DNA of 64,000 nucleotides, taken from the NCBI GenBank assembly GCA_963545265.1, contig CAUUHY010000005.1, positions 53 through 64,052 on the forward strand, in the 5' to 3' direction. The DNA is from an uncultured Eubacteriales bacterium. Its GTDB lineage: Bacteria > Bacillota_I > Bacilli_A > RF39 > UBA660. How positions within the stretch are numbered: position 1 is the first letter of the stretch; each line of letters opens with the position of its first letter. The position numbers and the translations under genes are program-made. This document shows, one piece after another, positions 28,399 to 37,736 of this stretch. The notes below the pieces were generated by a model. The model had not been told where the DNA came from, ran no database searches, and saw nothing but the letters and a program-made list of their open reading frames with translations.

Positions 28399-28472
28399 TT
28401 TATTTTAACATATTAATACCGTTATTATAATAAAATTAATATATTATTTTTTTAGAAAAAGAAAAATAGTTA

Positions 28473-29819
28473 TTAACTATCTTTCTTATAAATATTAACT
28501 TTAATTTTCTTAATTTTCGATGCATAAGTAAGTTTTGGATCATCTCCAGTAACAAATACATCAAGTTCATGAACTCCAACTGTCTTTCCAGATAAATCAA
28601 CATAAGCTTGTATTGTAGCTTTATCTATTTTTTCAATATTTTCTTTTGTTCCTCTTACTTCAACAGATACTGTTCTAGATTCATTGTTTGCACCTTGAAC
28701 AACTAAATCATCCGATAAATTTTTATAATTAATTGTTATATCATCAATCGTCTTAGTAGCAAGTTCATCTACTGTTATATCAACAGTTATAGTCTTAATA
28801 CTAATATCTGTTATACCTTTTGGTTTTTGTAAATTAACAGTATATTTTTTATTAGAATCCAGTCCTGTAACATCTATTTCAACTGGTAAATAATTTAATT
28901 GAGATAAAGCTTCTGAACTACCATAAACTTTAACCTCAGAATCGCTTTGAACAATAGATTTAATAGCTTTTGTACTTAAGTTACCTGTAGTTAAAATTCT
29001 AATTGGCACTGTCTTAGATAATGCTTCTAATTTAACTGTTGCAGTTATCTTAGATGAAACTATTTCTACATTTATTGCTTTACCATCTGAATCATATGCT
29101 ACTAATTTGACGTCGTTATAATTAATAACTCCTTCCTTAGATGAAGATAATTTTCTAGCATCTATTAAAGCTTTTACTATAGATACTTTTTCAAGTGTAG
29201 CATTACTTCCTTTAATTATTACAGAATCTTTACTTAACTTAACTTCAGAAATAAACAATTGAGAATTAAATTTATCTTTATTAATAATTTCTGATGTTAC
29301 AGCTCTTTTATCTGAAACTTTATTTAGTATTGTAACAGTTACTTCTGAAGGATCAATTCTGTAATTTACTCCTTTTAAAACTTGTTCATATTTCAATTTT
29401 ACTTTATGTGTTCCAGGTTTTAAATATTTTAAGTCAACTGTCACTTCCTTAGATGGATATTGTTTAGCTAGATATATATCCCATCTTTTACCAATAAGAG
29501 TAATATCTACTTTTTCAGGTAAACCTTCTACAATATATTCTTCTTCATTATATAAAGCCTTTACTTTTTGTCCATATAACACTTCTGCATTAGATTCAGA
29601 TAATACCACTATTTTTTTATCTACGACAAAAAATAATAACAATGCACATATTAAAGAAAGAATTATTACGGAAGACTTTTTACTCCATAATACATCTAAT
29701 GACTCTAAAATACTTTTAATTTTTTCTCCAATAATAATCAAAAATTTACTTAAAGGATTAATTACATACTTATCAAAAAAATTAAATATAGAACTAAAAC
29801 TATTATTTGTTTTCTTCAT
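28473..29819 (-). CDS. cdaR: CdaA regulatory protein CdaR (YbbR-repeat protein)
   Basis: N-terminal TM plus repeated YbbR-like modules. It overlaps cdaA by 17 nt. Confidence 0.8.
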   Translation of the reverse strand: MKKTNNSFSSIFNFFDKYVINPLSKFLIIIGEKIKSILESLDVLWSKKSSVIILSLICALLLFFVVDKKIVVLSESNAEVLYGQKVKALYNEEEYIVEGLPEKVDITLIGKRWDIYLAKQYPSKEVTVDLKYLKPGTHKVKLKYEQVLKGVNYRIDPSEVTVTILNKVSDKRAVTSEIINKDKFNSQLFISEVKLSKDSVIIKGSNATLEKVSIVKALIDARKLSSSKEGVINYNDVKLVAYDSDGKAINVEIVSSKITATVKLEALSKTVPIRILTTGNLSTKAIKSIVQSDSEVKVYGSSEALSQLNYLPVEIDVTGLDSNKKYTVNLQKPKGITDISIKTITVDITVDELATKTIDDITINYKNLSDDLVVQGANNESRTVSVEVRGTKENIEKIDKATIQAYVDLSGKTVGVHELDVFVTGDDPKLTYASKIKKIKVNIYKKDS

Positions 29820-30639
29820 AAATTTCTTCCTCTTCCCAGTTCTTAACTTCTACTGCTTCTTCTTTTTGTGGTCTTAATTCATCTATTAAAGTAACTCTAA
29901 TATCATCAATCGATACATTATAATAAAGTTCTCCCTTTATAGCCATAGATAATCTTCCTGTTTCTTCAGAAGCTACTAGAACTAAAGCATCTGTTTCTTC
30001 CGCAATACCAAGTGCTGCTCTATGTCTAGTTCCAAGTCGTTTTTGACTGTTTTTTATATTTGAGCTAGTTGGAAACACAGCTCCTGCACAAGCTATCTTA
30101 TCTCCTTGAATAATTACTCCTCCATCATGTAGTGGATTGTTTTTAAAGAAGATACATTGTAACAAATTAGATGTAACATCTCCATATACAGGTTTTGCTT
30201 TTTCAATATAATCAGATAAACTCACATTTCTTTCGATTACTATCAATGCTCCATATCTTTCTTTTCTTAAAGCTTCAAGAGAAGAAACTATTTCATACAC
30301 TACTTTTTCTCTTTCATCTACTGTAAGTATTTTATGTCTTCCAATAAGTTTTTTTCTTCCAAGTTCTTCAAGTAACATTCTAATTTCTGGTTGAAATATT
30401 ACAATAATTGCAATTGGTCCAAACATAATTAAATATTCTAAAATTACTCCAATTGTTACAAAACCAAATACACTTGCAATAAGCTTTAGAATTACAACAA
30501 AAACAACTCCCTTTATAAGTAGAGATAATTTTACATTTTCTTGAAAATTTTTAATGGCATAATATATTAGCACCCATACTAGTACTATATCTATTGTTTT
30601 ATTAAGTATCATTAAGACACTTGAAAGTGTTATATTCAT
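29803..30639 (-). CDS. cdaA: diadenylate cyclase CdaA (c-di-AMP synthase)
   Basis: Three N-terminal TM helices and a DAC domain with DGG..., GTRHRAALG and a TGRLS-like segment. Confidence 0.9.
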   Translation of the reverse strand: MNITLSSVLMILNKTIDIVLVWVLIYYAIKNFQENVKLSLLIKGVVFVVILKLIASVFGFVTIGVILEYLIMFGPIAIIVIFQPEIRMLLEELGRKKLIGRHKILTVDEREKVVYEIVSSLEALRKERYGALIVIERNVSLSDYIEKAKPVYGDVTSNLLQCIFFKNNPLHDGGVIIQGDKIACAGAVFPTSSNIKNSQKRLGTRHRAALGIAEETDALVLVASEETGRLSMAIKGELYYNVSIDDIRVTLIDELRPQKEEAVEVKNWEEEEIYEENK

Positions 30640-31025
30640 TATTTAATCTCCTTTTCATCAAATACTATATATCCATCACTAGTCTTATTAACTATATTTG
30701 ATGGATCATTTTCATCTAGTTGATTTATAATAGGTGTTTCATCAACTTGAAACATATTTTGTTTCATATCCTTTTTTACTTCTTCTTTTTCCATAGAAGC
30801 AAAAATATTATTCGCCTCTAAATTTTCAGTTTTATATTCAACTTTTGTCTCTATATTACTATTTTGATTAGCTAGTAATTCTTTTCTTTTTTTAAATATT
30901 AATAATTCTCTTTTTTCTTCTATTTCATTTATATATCCTAAACATGCTAATGCACAAATTATGCAAAATAAACAGTATAGTAAATATATCCAACCTGATA
31001 ATACATATTCTATAAAATACAGCAT
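30639..31025 (-). CDS. small membrane protein upstream of and overlapping cdaA
   Basis: ORF with an N-terminal hydrophobic segment. The stop abuts the cdaA start. Confidence 0.4.
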   Translation of the reverse strand: MLYFIEYVLSGWIYLLYCLFCIICALACLGYINEIEEKRELLIFKKRKELLANQNSNIETKVEYKTENLEANNIFASMEKEEVKKDMKQNMFQVDETPIINQLDENDPSNIVNKTSDGYIVFDEKEIK

Positions 31026-31113
31026 TAATTTATTCCTCTATTCTTTAAAAGAATATCATTTTTAAGAAAAAAAATCAAAGTTTTATAAGTAAAAAAGAAA
31101 TAAACAAAAATGT

Positions 31114-31782
31114 TTATTTCAAATCTAATTTAGATATTATTTCTTTGTGAATTTCTTCAATTGATTTCATCTTATTATCTTTAACACAACTAATTGGTGT
31201 CCAAGATAAGTAATTACTAACATATTTACTACTATCATAAACTTTTTTCATGAATTCTAAATTTTTTTCATGTATATCTTCTTGTTCGGCTCTATCTTTG
31301 TTACGTTTGTTTCTAAGTTCAGTTATAACATCAAAGGGTGCTTCTAAAAATATAACTTGATCTGGTTCTTTAATACCTATTAACTTATATTCTGTGTTAA
31401 CTACATAATCTATAAATTTATTTTTTTCCTCTTTATCTTCAATAAGCGCTGATTGATAAAATAAACTAGATGTTGTATATCTATCTAACAAAATTATATT
31501 ATTATTATCATATTCTTTTTTTAATTTTGTATACCAAGTAATACTTCTATCATAAGCATATAAGCTGTGAATAAAATATGGAGATAACTCAGAAGGATTA
31601 CCATATTTACCAGCTAAATATTCTTCTACTCCTTTACCTTGAAAAGTATTATATGTAGGAAAATGATGTTTAACAACTTTATGTCCTAAACTTTCTAATT
31701 TTTCTATAAGTTTATTATATTGAGTTGTTTTTCCTATTCCATCACAACAACCTTCTATAACTATTAATTTACCTTTTTTCAT
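31114..31782 (-). CDS. tmk: thymidylate kinase family protein with an atypical P-loop
   Basis: IVIEGCCDGIGKTT P-loop (one residue longer than the canonical GxxxxGKT) and the Tmk DRY motif (LDRYTTSSLFYQ). Confidence 0.55.
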   Translation of the reverse strand: MKKGKLIVIEGCCDGIGKTTQYNKLIEKLESLGHKVVKHHFPTYNTFQGKGVEEYLAGKYGNPSELSPYFIHSLYAYDRSITWYTKLKKEYDNNNIILLDRYTTSSLFYQSALIEDKEEKNKFIDYVVNTEYKLIGIKEPDQVIFLEAPFDVITELRNKRNKDRAEQEDIHEKNLEFMKKVYDSSKYVSNYLSWTPISCVKDNKMKSIEEIHKEIISKLDLK

Positions 31783-32305
31783 ATCTTTCTCCTTCTGTAT
31801 TAATTAAATTATATTACATAAAAAATTATATTCAAAAGAAAACTATTTTATATATAATTTTTTTAAAAAATGATATAAAAACATTAAGTAAATTTTACAT
31901 TAAAAATACAAATGATAAATTTTTAAAATTAATAACATAATAATTACATTATGATTTTAAAAATTGATAAAAGTATTAAATTTGAAATAATAAAATTAAA
32001 ATTTGACAAAAATACTTTTGTCACTAAATTAAATAAAACCGATTTTCCAAATAAAAAAATATATCAAAATAAAAATCGTGGACCGTTAGGAAATTACGAA
32101 GTAATTTTTTTAGTGGCAATAGCTTTTAAAAATTTATTGCAATTCAAAAAAACATAATTTTGCTTGAATGATTAGTTCTTACTTAATTATGTTTTAATGT
32201 TTCAAAAGAGATTTTTATTTGCAGACACACTCTATTGGATATGCCAATAAAAAAGTATGTTTATCTATTGGAAATAGATATCGTTGATGAGCATTACTTA
32301 TCTTT

Positions 32306-33082
32306 TTATTTTTTATGTATTGTAATATGCGATTCTTTTGATGAGTCAATATTTTTGGGCTTGATTATATATCTTATTTTTGGAATATCAGTTCTATTTT
32401 TAATCTCAATTTTCAATCTTGTATTATCATTTAGTTTTCTATATTGTTCTATCATTTCTTGTTTCAAAGTTTCAAGATCAAATTCAAAATTCATACTTCT
32501 ATTATCAATTAAAAAATATGGTTTTTTATCTAAATGTTGGTTAGATTTACGATTTTGAAGATATAATCCAATATCAATATGTTTAAATTCATTATCTATA
32601 TAAACAATATTCCATTCATGTCCAACTCTACCATTTTGACCATTATAACCAATACTTCTGCACGGAATTCCTAGTCTATTTGCAATATCTTCAAAAGCTA
32701 GTGAAAAAGTTATACAAACACCAGAATTATTTAATATCGCTGGGTATTTAGTATTATGATTTATTTTCCAATTTTTATAAGGTTCTATCGAATATAAAAC
32801 AGCATTAGCATTTTCTCCTCTAATATCATAACCTGCTGAATCATTAAATATCATATTAACTCTAGTAAAATAATCAAATAATATCCATAATTTTTCTTTA
32901 TTTGATAATCCTAATTCATTTATTTTATTAACTATTTTACTTACTAATTCTTCATACTTATTATCAACATATTTCTCAAAAACTAAATATTTATTTTCAA
33001 ATTCTTCTTTGCTTATTTTATCTCCATTATCATCATAATAATTTCCATTGTTTATTATTTTTATATTTTCCAATTTAAACAC
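32306..33082 (-). CDS. transglutaminase-like cysteine protease domain protein
   Basis: Cys (GVCITFSLAF), His (GHEWNIVY) and Asp (KHIDIG) in the order and spacing of the transglutaminase-like core. Confidence 0.5.
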   Translation of the reverse strand: MFKLENIKIINNGNYYDDNGDKISKEEFENKYLVFEKYVDNKYEELVSKIVNKINELGLSNKEKLWILFDYFTRVNMIFNDSAGYDIRGENANAVLYSIEPYKNWKINHNTKYPAILNNSGVCITFSLAFEDIANRLGIPCRSIGYNGQNGRVGHEWNIVYIDNEFKHIDIGLYLQNRKSNQHLDKKPYFLIDNRSMNFEFDLETLKQEMIEQYRKLNDNTRLKIEIKNRTDIPKIRYIIKPKNIDSSKESHITIHKK

Positions 33083-33099
33083 TTCCTATAATCGATTAT

Positions 33100-33420
33100 A
33101 ACACAAATTTTAAATATCTATATCATGATAATCTTTATCATATTCTTTATATTTTTGATTAATAATAAACTTTTGAATACATTTCAATAAACAGAACAAT
33201 TTCTATAGTATTTTTAGACCTAGCCATATCTATAGCAGAATTAGATTTATAGAACTTTTATATCTTTTATTATGTGCAACAAGTTCTCCTAAATCTTTAA
33301 GTGCACTTATTGATTTACTTCTAAATATCGCATAACTAACAATTTTCTAAAACCTTTCTTATTTTTTCAAAAAAGACTTTATACACTTGTTTTCCATTAT
33401 CTGAAATTCATTAGTTAAGT
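33100..33420 (-). pseudogene. decayed gene fragments immediately downstream of the tmRNA 3' end
   Basis: The minus-strand translation gives protein-like segments (…YAIFRSKSISALKDLGELVAHNKRYKSSINLILL*IWLGLKIL…) broken by stops and frame changes. No ORF of 60 aa or more is present. Confidence 0.25.
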
Positions 33421-33530
33421 CTTTTTTAAACATATAATTACTCTCACTTTCTTAAATAACAAAAAAACTAACATTTCTGTTAGTAATTTATTACTATCGA
33501 AACTTTAAGATTTCGAATTTACTACATATA

Positions 33531-33885
33531 TGGTGGAGCTGAGGGGAATCGAACCCCTGTCCAAAATTAGTTACTATATATATCTACAAGTTTAGTTAAT
33601 TTTGTACTTCCTATAAAACTAGTAATTAACGACTTATTTTATAGTAAGTCTATATTTATTCATCACTACTTATAGACATCATAGCGATATATTCTGCGTT
33701 ATGAACGAAACACAATTTCAGCAGACAAAAAATTGCTTCGTAAGCTATTTCCTATTTCGGATTATGCAAATGCATAAGCTTGTTTTTTGAATAAGTTTCC
33801 AGTTATTTTAACTGTGTTGCATTTAATGATTGCCATCAACTTGCAATATATAATAATTTAATCCTGTCGAAACCTTTGCAGCCCC
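33531..33885 (-). ncRNA. ssrA: tmRNA (ssrA), about 355 nt; predicted tag (A)GNLFKKQAYAFA
   Basis: 5' end GGGGCUGCAAAGGUUUCGACAGG and 3' tRNA-like end GGACAGGGGUUCGAUUCCCCUCAGCUCCACCA. The tag ORF ...AAAAUAACU GGA AAC UUA UUC AAA AAA CAA GCU UAU GCA UUU GCA UAA sits in the same context as the B. subtilis resume codon (..UAUAACU GGC..). Confidence 0.85.
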
Positions 33886-33910
33886 GTTTAAAGAAGTATA
33901 TCACTACTTC

Positions 33911-34867
33911 TTAATCTTGTAAATTACAAGACTTTAATCTATCTTTAATAATTTTTGCTGATGTTTTAAATTTTTTCTTTTCTATTTCATCTAGTTCCAT
34001 ATCTATTACTTTTACTACACCATATTTATTTACTACAGCAGGTACTCCTATATAAATATTGTTTTCTTCATATTCTCCTTCTAGAAGAGTTGAAACTGTC
34101 ATAATAGAATTATCATCATCAAGTATAGCTTTTGTAATTTTAGCAAGACTTCTAGCTATACCATAATATGTAGAACCTTTTAAATTAATAATATCGTATG
34201 CAGTATTTCTAACTTTTATTTCAGTTTTATTCAAATAGAAATCTACATCAAAATTTGGATTCATATCTGTTAACCATTCTCTTAATTTTATAGGTCCTAT
34301 TAAAGCTTGTGAAAATACAGCAAATTCACTATCTCCATGTTCTCCCATAATATAAGCATGAATATTTCTAGCATCTACTCCTAAATCTTGAGATAATTCT
34401 TTTCTAAGTCTGGCAGTATCTAAAACTGTACCTGATCCTATAACTTGATTTTTTGGAAGACCAGAATATTTATATACAGCTTTTGTCAATATATCAACTG
34501 GATTAGTAGCTACTAAAAATATACCATTAAAACCTGTTGACATAACATTTTCTACTATTTCTTTTATTAAGTTCAAATTAGAATTTAATAATTCTAATCT
34601 AGTTTGACCTTCTTTTTGAGGTAAACCTGCTGATATTACTACTATTTGTGCATCGCTACAATCTTGATAATCTGCAGAATATATCTTTTTTTGTGATGAA
34701 TATGATACAGCATCAGATAAATCTATAGCATCTCCTATTGTCTTTTTCTTATTTGTATCAATAATCCCAAGTTCTTTACCTATACCAAGTAAAGTAATTG
34801 CAAATGCATAACTAGAACCAACACAACCATTACCAATAAGTATGATTTTTCTACTTTCAGTATTCAT
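33911..34867 (-). CDS. ldh: L-lactate dehydrogenase
   Basis: NAD-binding GxGxxG (IGNGCVGSS), a substrate loop and catalytic-His region (GEHGDS). Confidence 0.85.
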   Translation of the reverse strand: MNTESRKIILIGNGCVGSSYAFAITLLGIGKELGIIDTNKKKTIGDAIDLSDAVSYSSQKKIYSADYQDCSDAQIVVISAGLPQKEGQTRLELLNSNLNLIKEIVENVMSTGFNGIFLVATNPVDILTKAVYKYSGLPKNQVIGSGTVLDTARLRKELSQDLGVDARNIHAYIMGEHGDSEFAVFSQALIGPIKLREWLTDMNPNFDVDFYLNKTEIKVRNTAYDIINLKGSTYYGIARSLAKITKAILDDDNSIMTVSTLLEGEYEENNIYIGVPAVVNKYGVVKVIDMELDEIEKKKFKTSAKIIKDRLKSCNLQD

Positions 34868-35297
34868 ATTTTCCCCTCTTTTCTAAATTCCTTTTTAAAT
34901 CTTTTTCTTTTAATGATTCTCTTTTATCATAATTTTTCTTACCACGACATACTCCAATTAATATTTTTACTTTATTTTTAACAAAATATAATTTTAAAGG
35001 TATTAAAGTCATTCTTTCTTTTTCAATACTTTCTTTTAATTTTTTTATTTCTTTTTTATGAAGAAGTAATTTTCTTGATCTAAATTCATCATGATTGAAA
35101 ATATTTCCTTCATCATATTTCTTTATAAAAGTATTTAATAAATAAACTTCATTATTTTTAATAATAGCATAACTATTATCTAAAGATACATGAGCATTTC
35201 TAATCGACTTTATTTCTGTTCCTTTTAAAACTATACCCGTTTCTAAAGTATCTAACACTTCATAATTAAAATATGCTTTTCTATTTTTTATTTCCAT
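34857..35297 (-). CDS. smpB: SsrA-binding protein
   Basis: SmpB family sequence (NRKAYFNYEVLDTLETGIVLKGTEIKS). It overlaps the ldh and rnr reading frames. Confidence 0.9.
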   Translation of the reverse strand: MEIKNRKAYFNYEVLDTLETGIVLKGTEIKSIRNAHVSLDNSYAIIKNNEVYLLNTFIKKYDEGNIFNHDEFRSRKLLLHKKEIKKLKESIEKERMTLIPLKLYFVKNKVKILIGVCRGKKNYDKRESLKEKDLKRNLEKRGKYEY

Positions 35298-37395
35298 ATT
35301 TTTCCTTATTATTTACTATTTCAAAATCTATTCTTCTAGCATCTTTTGAAGCAGCTTTTACTCTTATTCTAACAGAATCTCCTAATTTATATATCTTGTT
35401 TCCACCTCTTAAAGTATGACCTTTTTCATCATATGTAAAATAATTTCCTAAATCCCTAATAGATACAGCTCCTTCTACTAAGTTAGTTAATTTTACAAAC
35501 ATTCCAAAGTTTTTAACTCCTACTATTGTACCATCAAATTCTTCACCAATATGAGATTCCATATATTCAGCCATCTTCATATCATTTACTTCTCTTTCAC
35601 ATTCAACAGCTTTTCTTTCCATAATTGATGAATGTTCTGCTTGCATAGCTATTTTACTTTCTAAATTATCCATACTTTCATTTGAATAATCATGTTTAAA
35701 CAAATATTTTCTAAGTAAACGATGTACTATTTCATCAGGATATCTTCTTATAGGAGAAGTAAAGTGTGTATAACAAGGACTAGCAAGACCAAAATGACCT
35801 ATATTTTCATTAGAATAAATTGCTTTTTGCATACATCTTAATAACATATCTGAAAGAATAGCAAATTCTTTCTTATCCTTTAATTGTTCTAACATATTTT
35901 GAATATCTTTTGGTTCTAATTTAGAAAAATCTCCTGTTAATTTATAACCTAAAGATGTAACATAACCTAAAAACTCTTTTATTTTTTCTATTTTAGGTTT
36001 TTCATGTATACGATATATATTAGGAAGTCCCATATCTTTTATTCTAGTGGCAACTGATTCATTAGCAACTATCATAAAGTCTTCAATAAGTTTTTCACCT
36101 GTTTTTTGTTCTTTTTGATGTATATCAATAGGTATACCATATTCATCTACTATTATTTTTATTTCATCTGAAAGAAATTCAATATAACCTCTTTTAATTT
36201 TATTTTTTCTAATTTTTGAAGATAATTCATTCATTAATTTTAGTGATGAAACATAATCTTCATAACCTTCATCTACAATATTTTCTTCTAAAAGTCTATT
36301 AACTGATTCATAAGTCATTTTCTTTTTAGAATTTATAACTGATTCGTATATATCATAATCTATTATATTAGCATTATTATCAAATTTAACTTCACAAGTT
36401 ATAGTAAGTCTATCTACACCTTCATTTAAAGAACATATTCCATTTGATAATTGATGTGGTAACATAGGTAAAACATAATTAGTTAAATAAACACTTGTTG
36501 CTTTATCATATGCACTATTATCAAGTGGTGAATTTTCTTTAAAATAATAAGTTACATCAGCAATATGAACACCAAGTATATAATTACCATTTGCTTCTTT
36601 TTTAATTGAAATAGCATCATCTATATCTTTAGTATCACTACCATCTATTGTAAATATCTCTTCTTCTCTTAAATCTTTTCTATTTACTATTTCTTCTTCT
36701 GTTACTATAGATGGAATTTGTTCTAATTGTTTTTTTACTTCTATAGAATCTTCTAAATAAAATCCATTATCATATGCTACTGCTAAAACATCTATTAAAG
36801 GATCATCTTTATGTCCTATTACTTTTTCAATACTTCCGTGATAAATATTAGAATTTTTATTATCTATCACCTTTACTAAAACCTTCATACCTTCTACTAA
36901 AGAATTAGTTTCTTCTTTTGGTATTAAGACTTTAAACTTATATATATCATTATCAGGTAAAACATAATAATTATCATTTTCTATAACTATTTCACCTACT
37001 AAATAATCTTTATTTCTTTTAATAACTTTAAAAATTCTTCCATAAGGTTTTTCACCTTTATTAACTTTTGCTACTTCAATTACTACTATATCACCATCTA
37101 TTGCATTTAAAACAGATTCTTTTGGAATATATATATCCTCTTCTTCTTTATCAAATTCTACAAATCCATAACCTTTTTTATTAGCAATAAACTTTCCTTT
37201 TTTAAGCCCACTTTTAAGAAAATCTAAAACTTTACCATTTGCAGTTATTACTATATCTCCATTTTGTTCTAAATTATCAAGTACATTTCTTACTAAATCT
37301 TTAGAACCAAACTCTTTATATAAAGATTTAACATTATAAACAGTATTTGTAGATTTAATAAATTCTAATATTTTTTCTTCCATTCTATACCTCAA
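35281..37395 (-). CDS. rnr: ribonuclease R
   Basis: Cold-shock/OB region, an RNB catalytic domain (DIDDAISIKK..., HFGLASPCYTHFTSPIRRYPD) and a C-terminal S1 domain. Confidence 0.9.
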   Translation of the reverse strand: MRYRMEEKILEFIKSTNTVYNVKSLYKEFGSKDLVRNVLDNLEQNGDIVITANGKVLDFLKSGLKKGKFIANKKGYGFVEFDKEEEDIYIPKESVLNAIDGDIVVIEVAKVNKGEKPYGRIFKVIKRNKDYLVGEIVIENDNYYVLPDNDIYKFKVLIPKEETNSLVEGMKVLVKVIDNKNSNIYHGSIEKVIGHKDDPLIDVLAVAYDNGFYLEDSIEVKKQLEQIPSIVTEEEIVNRKDLREEEIFTIDGSDTKDIDDAISIKKEANGNYILGVHIADVTYYFKENSPLDNSAYDKATSVYLTNYVLPMLPHQLSNGICSLNEGVDRLTITCEVKFDNNANIIDYDIYESVINSKKKMTYESVNRLLEENIVDEGYEDYVSSLKLMNELSSKIRKNKIKRGYIEFLSDEIKIIVDEYGIPIDIHQKEQKTGEKLIEDFMIVANESVATRIKDMGLPNIYRIHEKPKIEKIKEFLGYVTSLGYKLTGDFSKLEPKDIQNMLEQLKDKKEFAILSDMLLRCMQKAIYSNENIGHFGLASPCYTHFTSPIRRYPDEIVHRLLRKYLFKHDYSNESMDNLESKIAMQAEHSSIMERKAVECEREVNDMKMAEYMESHIGEEFDGTIVGVKNFGMFVKLTNLVEGAVSIRDLGNYFTYDEKGHTLRGGNKIYKLGDSVRIRVKAASKDARRIDFEIVNNKEKYGNKK

Positions 37396-37435
37396 TAATA
37401 ATTATATACTAATTAAGAAGATATTTTGATATTTA

Positions 37436-37460
37436 AACAAAATAAAAAAAGACTTTTACA
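37436..37460 (-). terminator. secG terminator (AAAAAGACT-gtaa-AGTCTTTTT plus U-run)
   Basis: A perfect 9-bp stem followed by TTTTTTTATTTTG on the minus strand. Confidence 0.5.
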
Positions 37461-37467
37461 GTCTTTT

Positions 37468-37680
37468 TTATATAAAACTATATACAATAGCTATAGCAAA
37501 AAATAAAAATCCTAGTATAAGAGTTATATTAGTAATTGTTTTTTCTGCTCCTCTTTCTTTACGTTCTTTAAATAACTCTCCTTGAGATGTAATAATTTGA
37601 GAACTACTTTCAGCTTTGTTACTTTGTAATAAAACCATAGCTATTAATAATATAGATACAAGCATCATTAATTTTTCCAT
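37468..37680 (-). CDS. secG: preprotein translocase subunit SecG
   Basis: Two TM helices with LLQS...G-rich loop architecture, and the conserved secG-rnr-smpB context. Confidence 0.7.
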   Translation of the reverse strand: MEKLMMLVSILLIAMVLLQSNKAESSSQIITSQGELFKERKERGAEKTITNITLILGFLFFAIAIVYSFI

Positions 37681-37736
37681 ATATTCTCTCTTTCATAAAA
37701 TATAAAATAACATAGTTATGCACTTTTTTCAAATTT

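Noticed and set aside
31790-32300. A 500-bp gene-free stretch with a GC-richer motif (CGTGGACCGTTAGG), considered as a riboswitch or sRNA
   Set aside because: I could not identify a convincing conserved structure or known riboswitch core. It is noted only within the ssrA-region finding.
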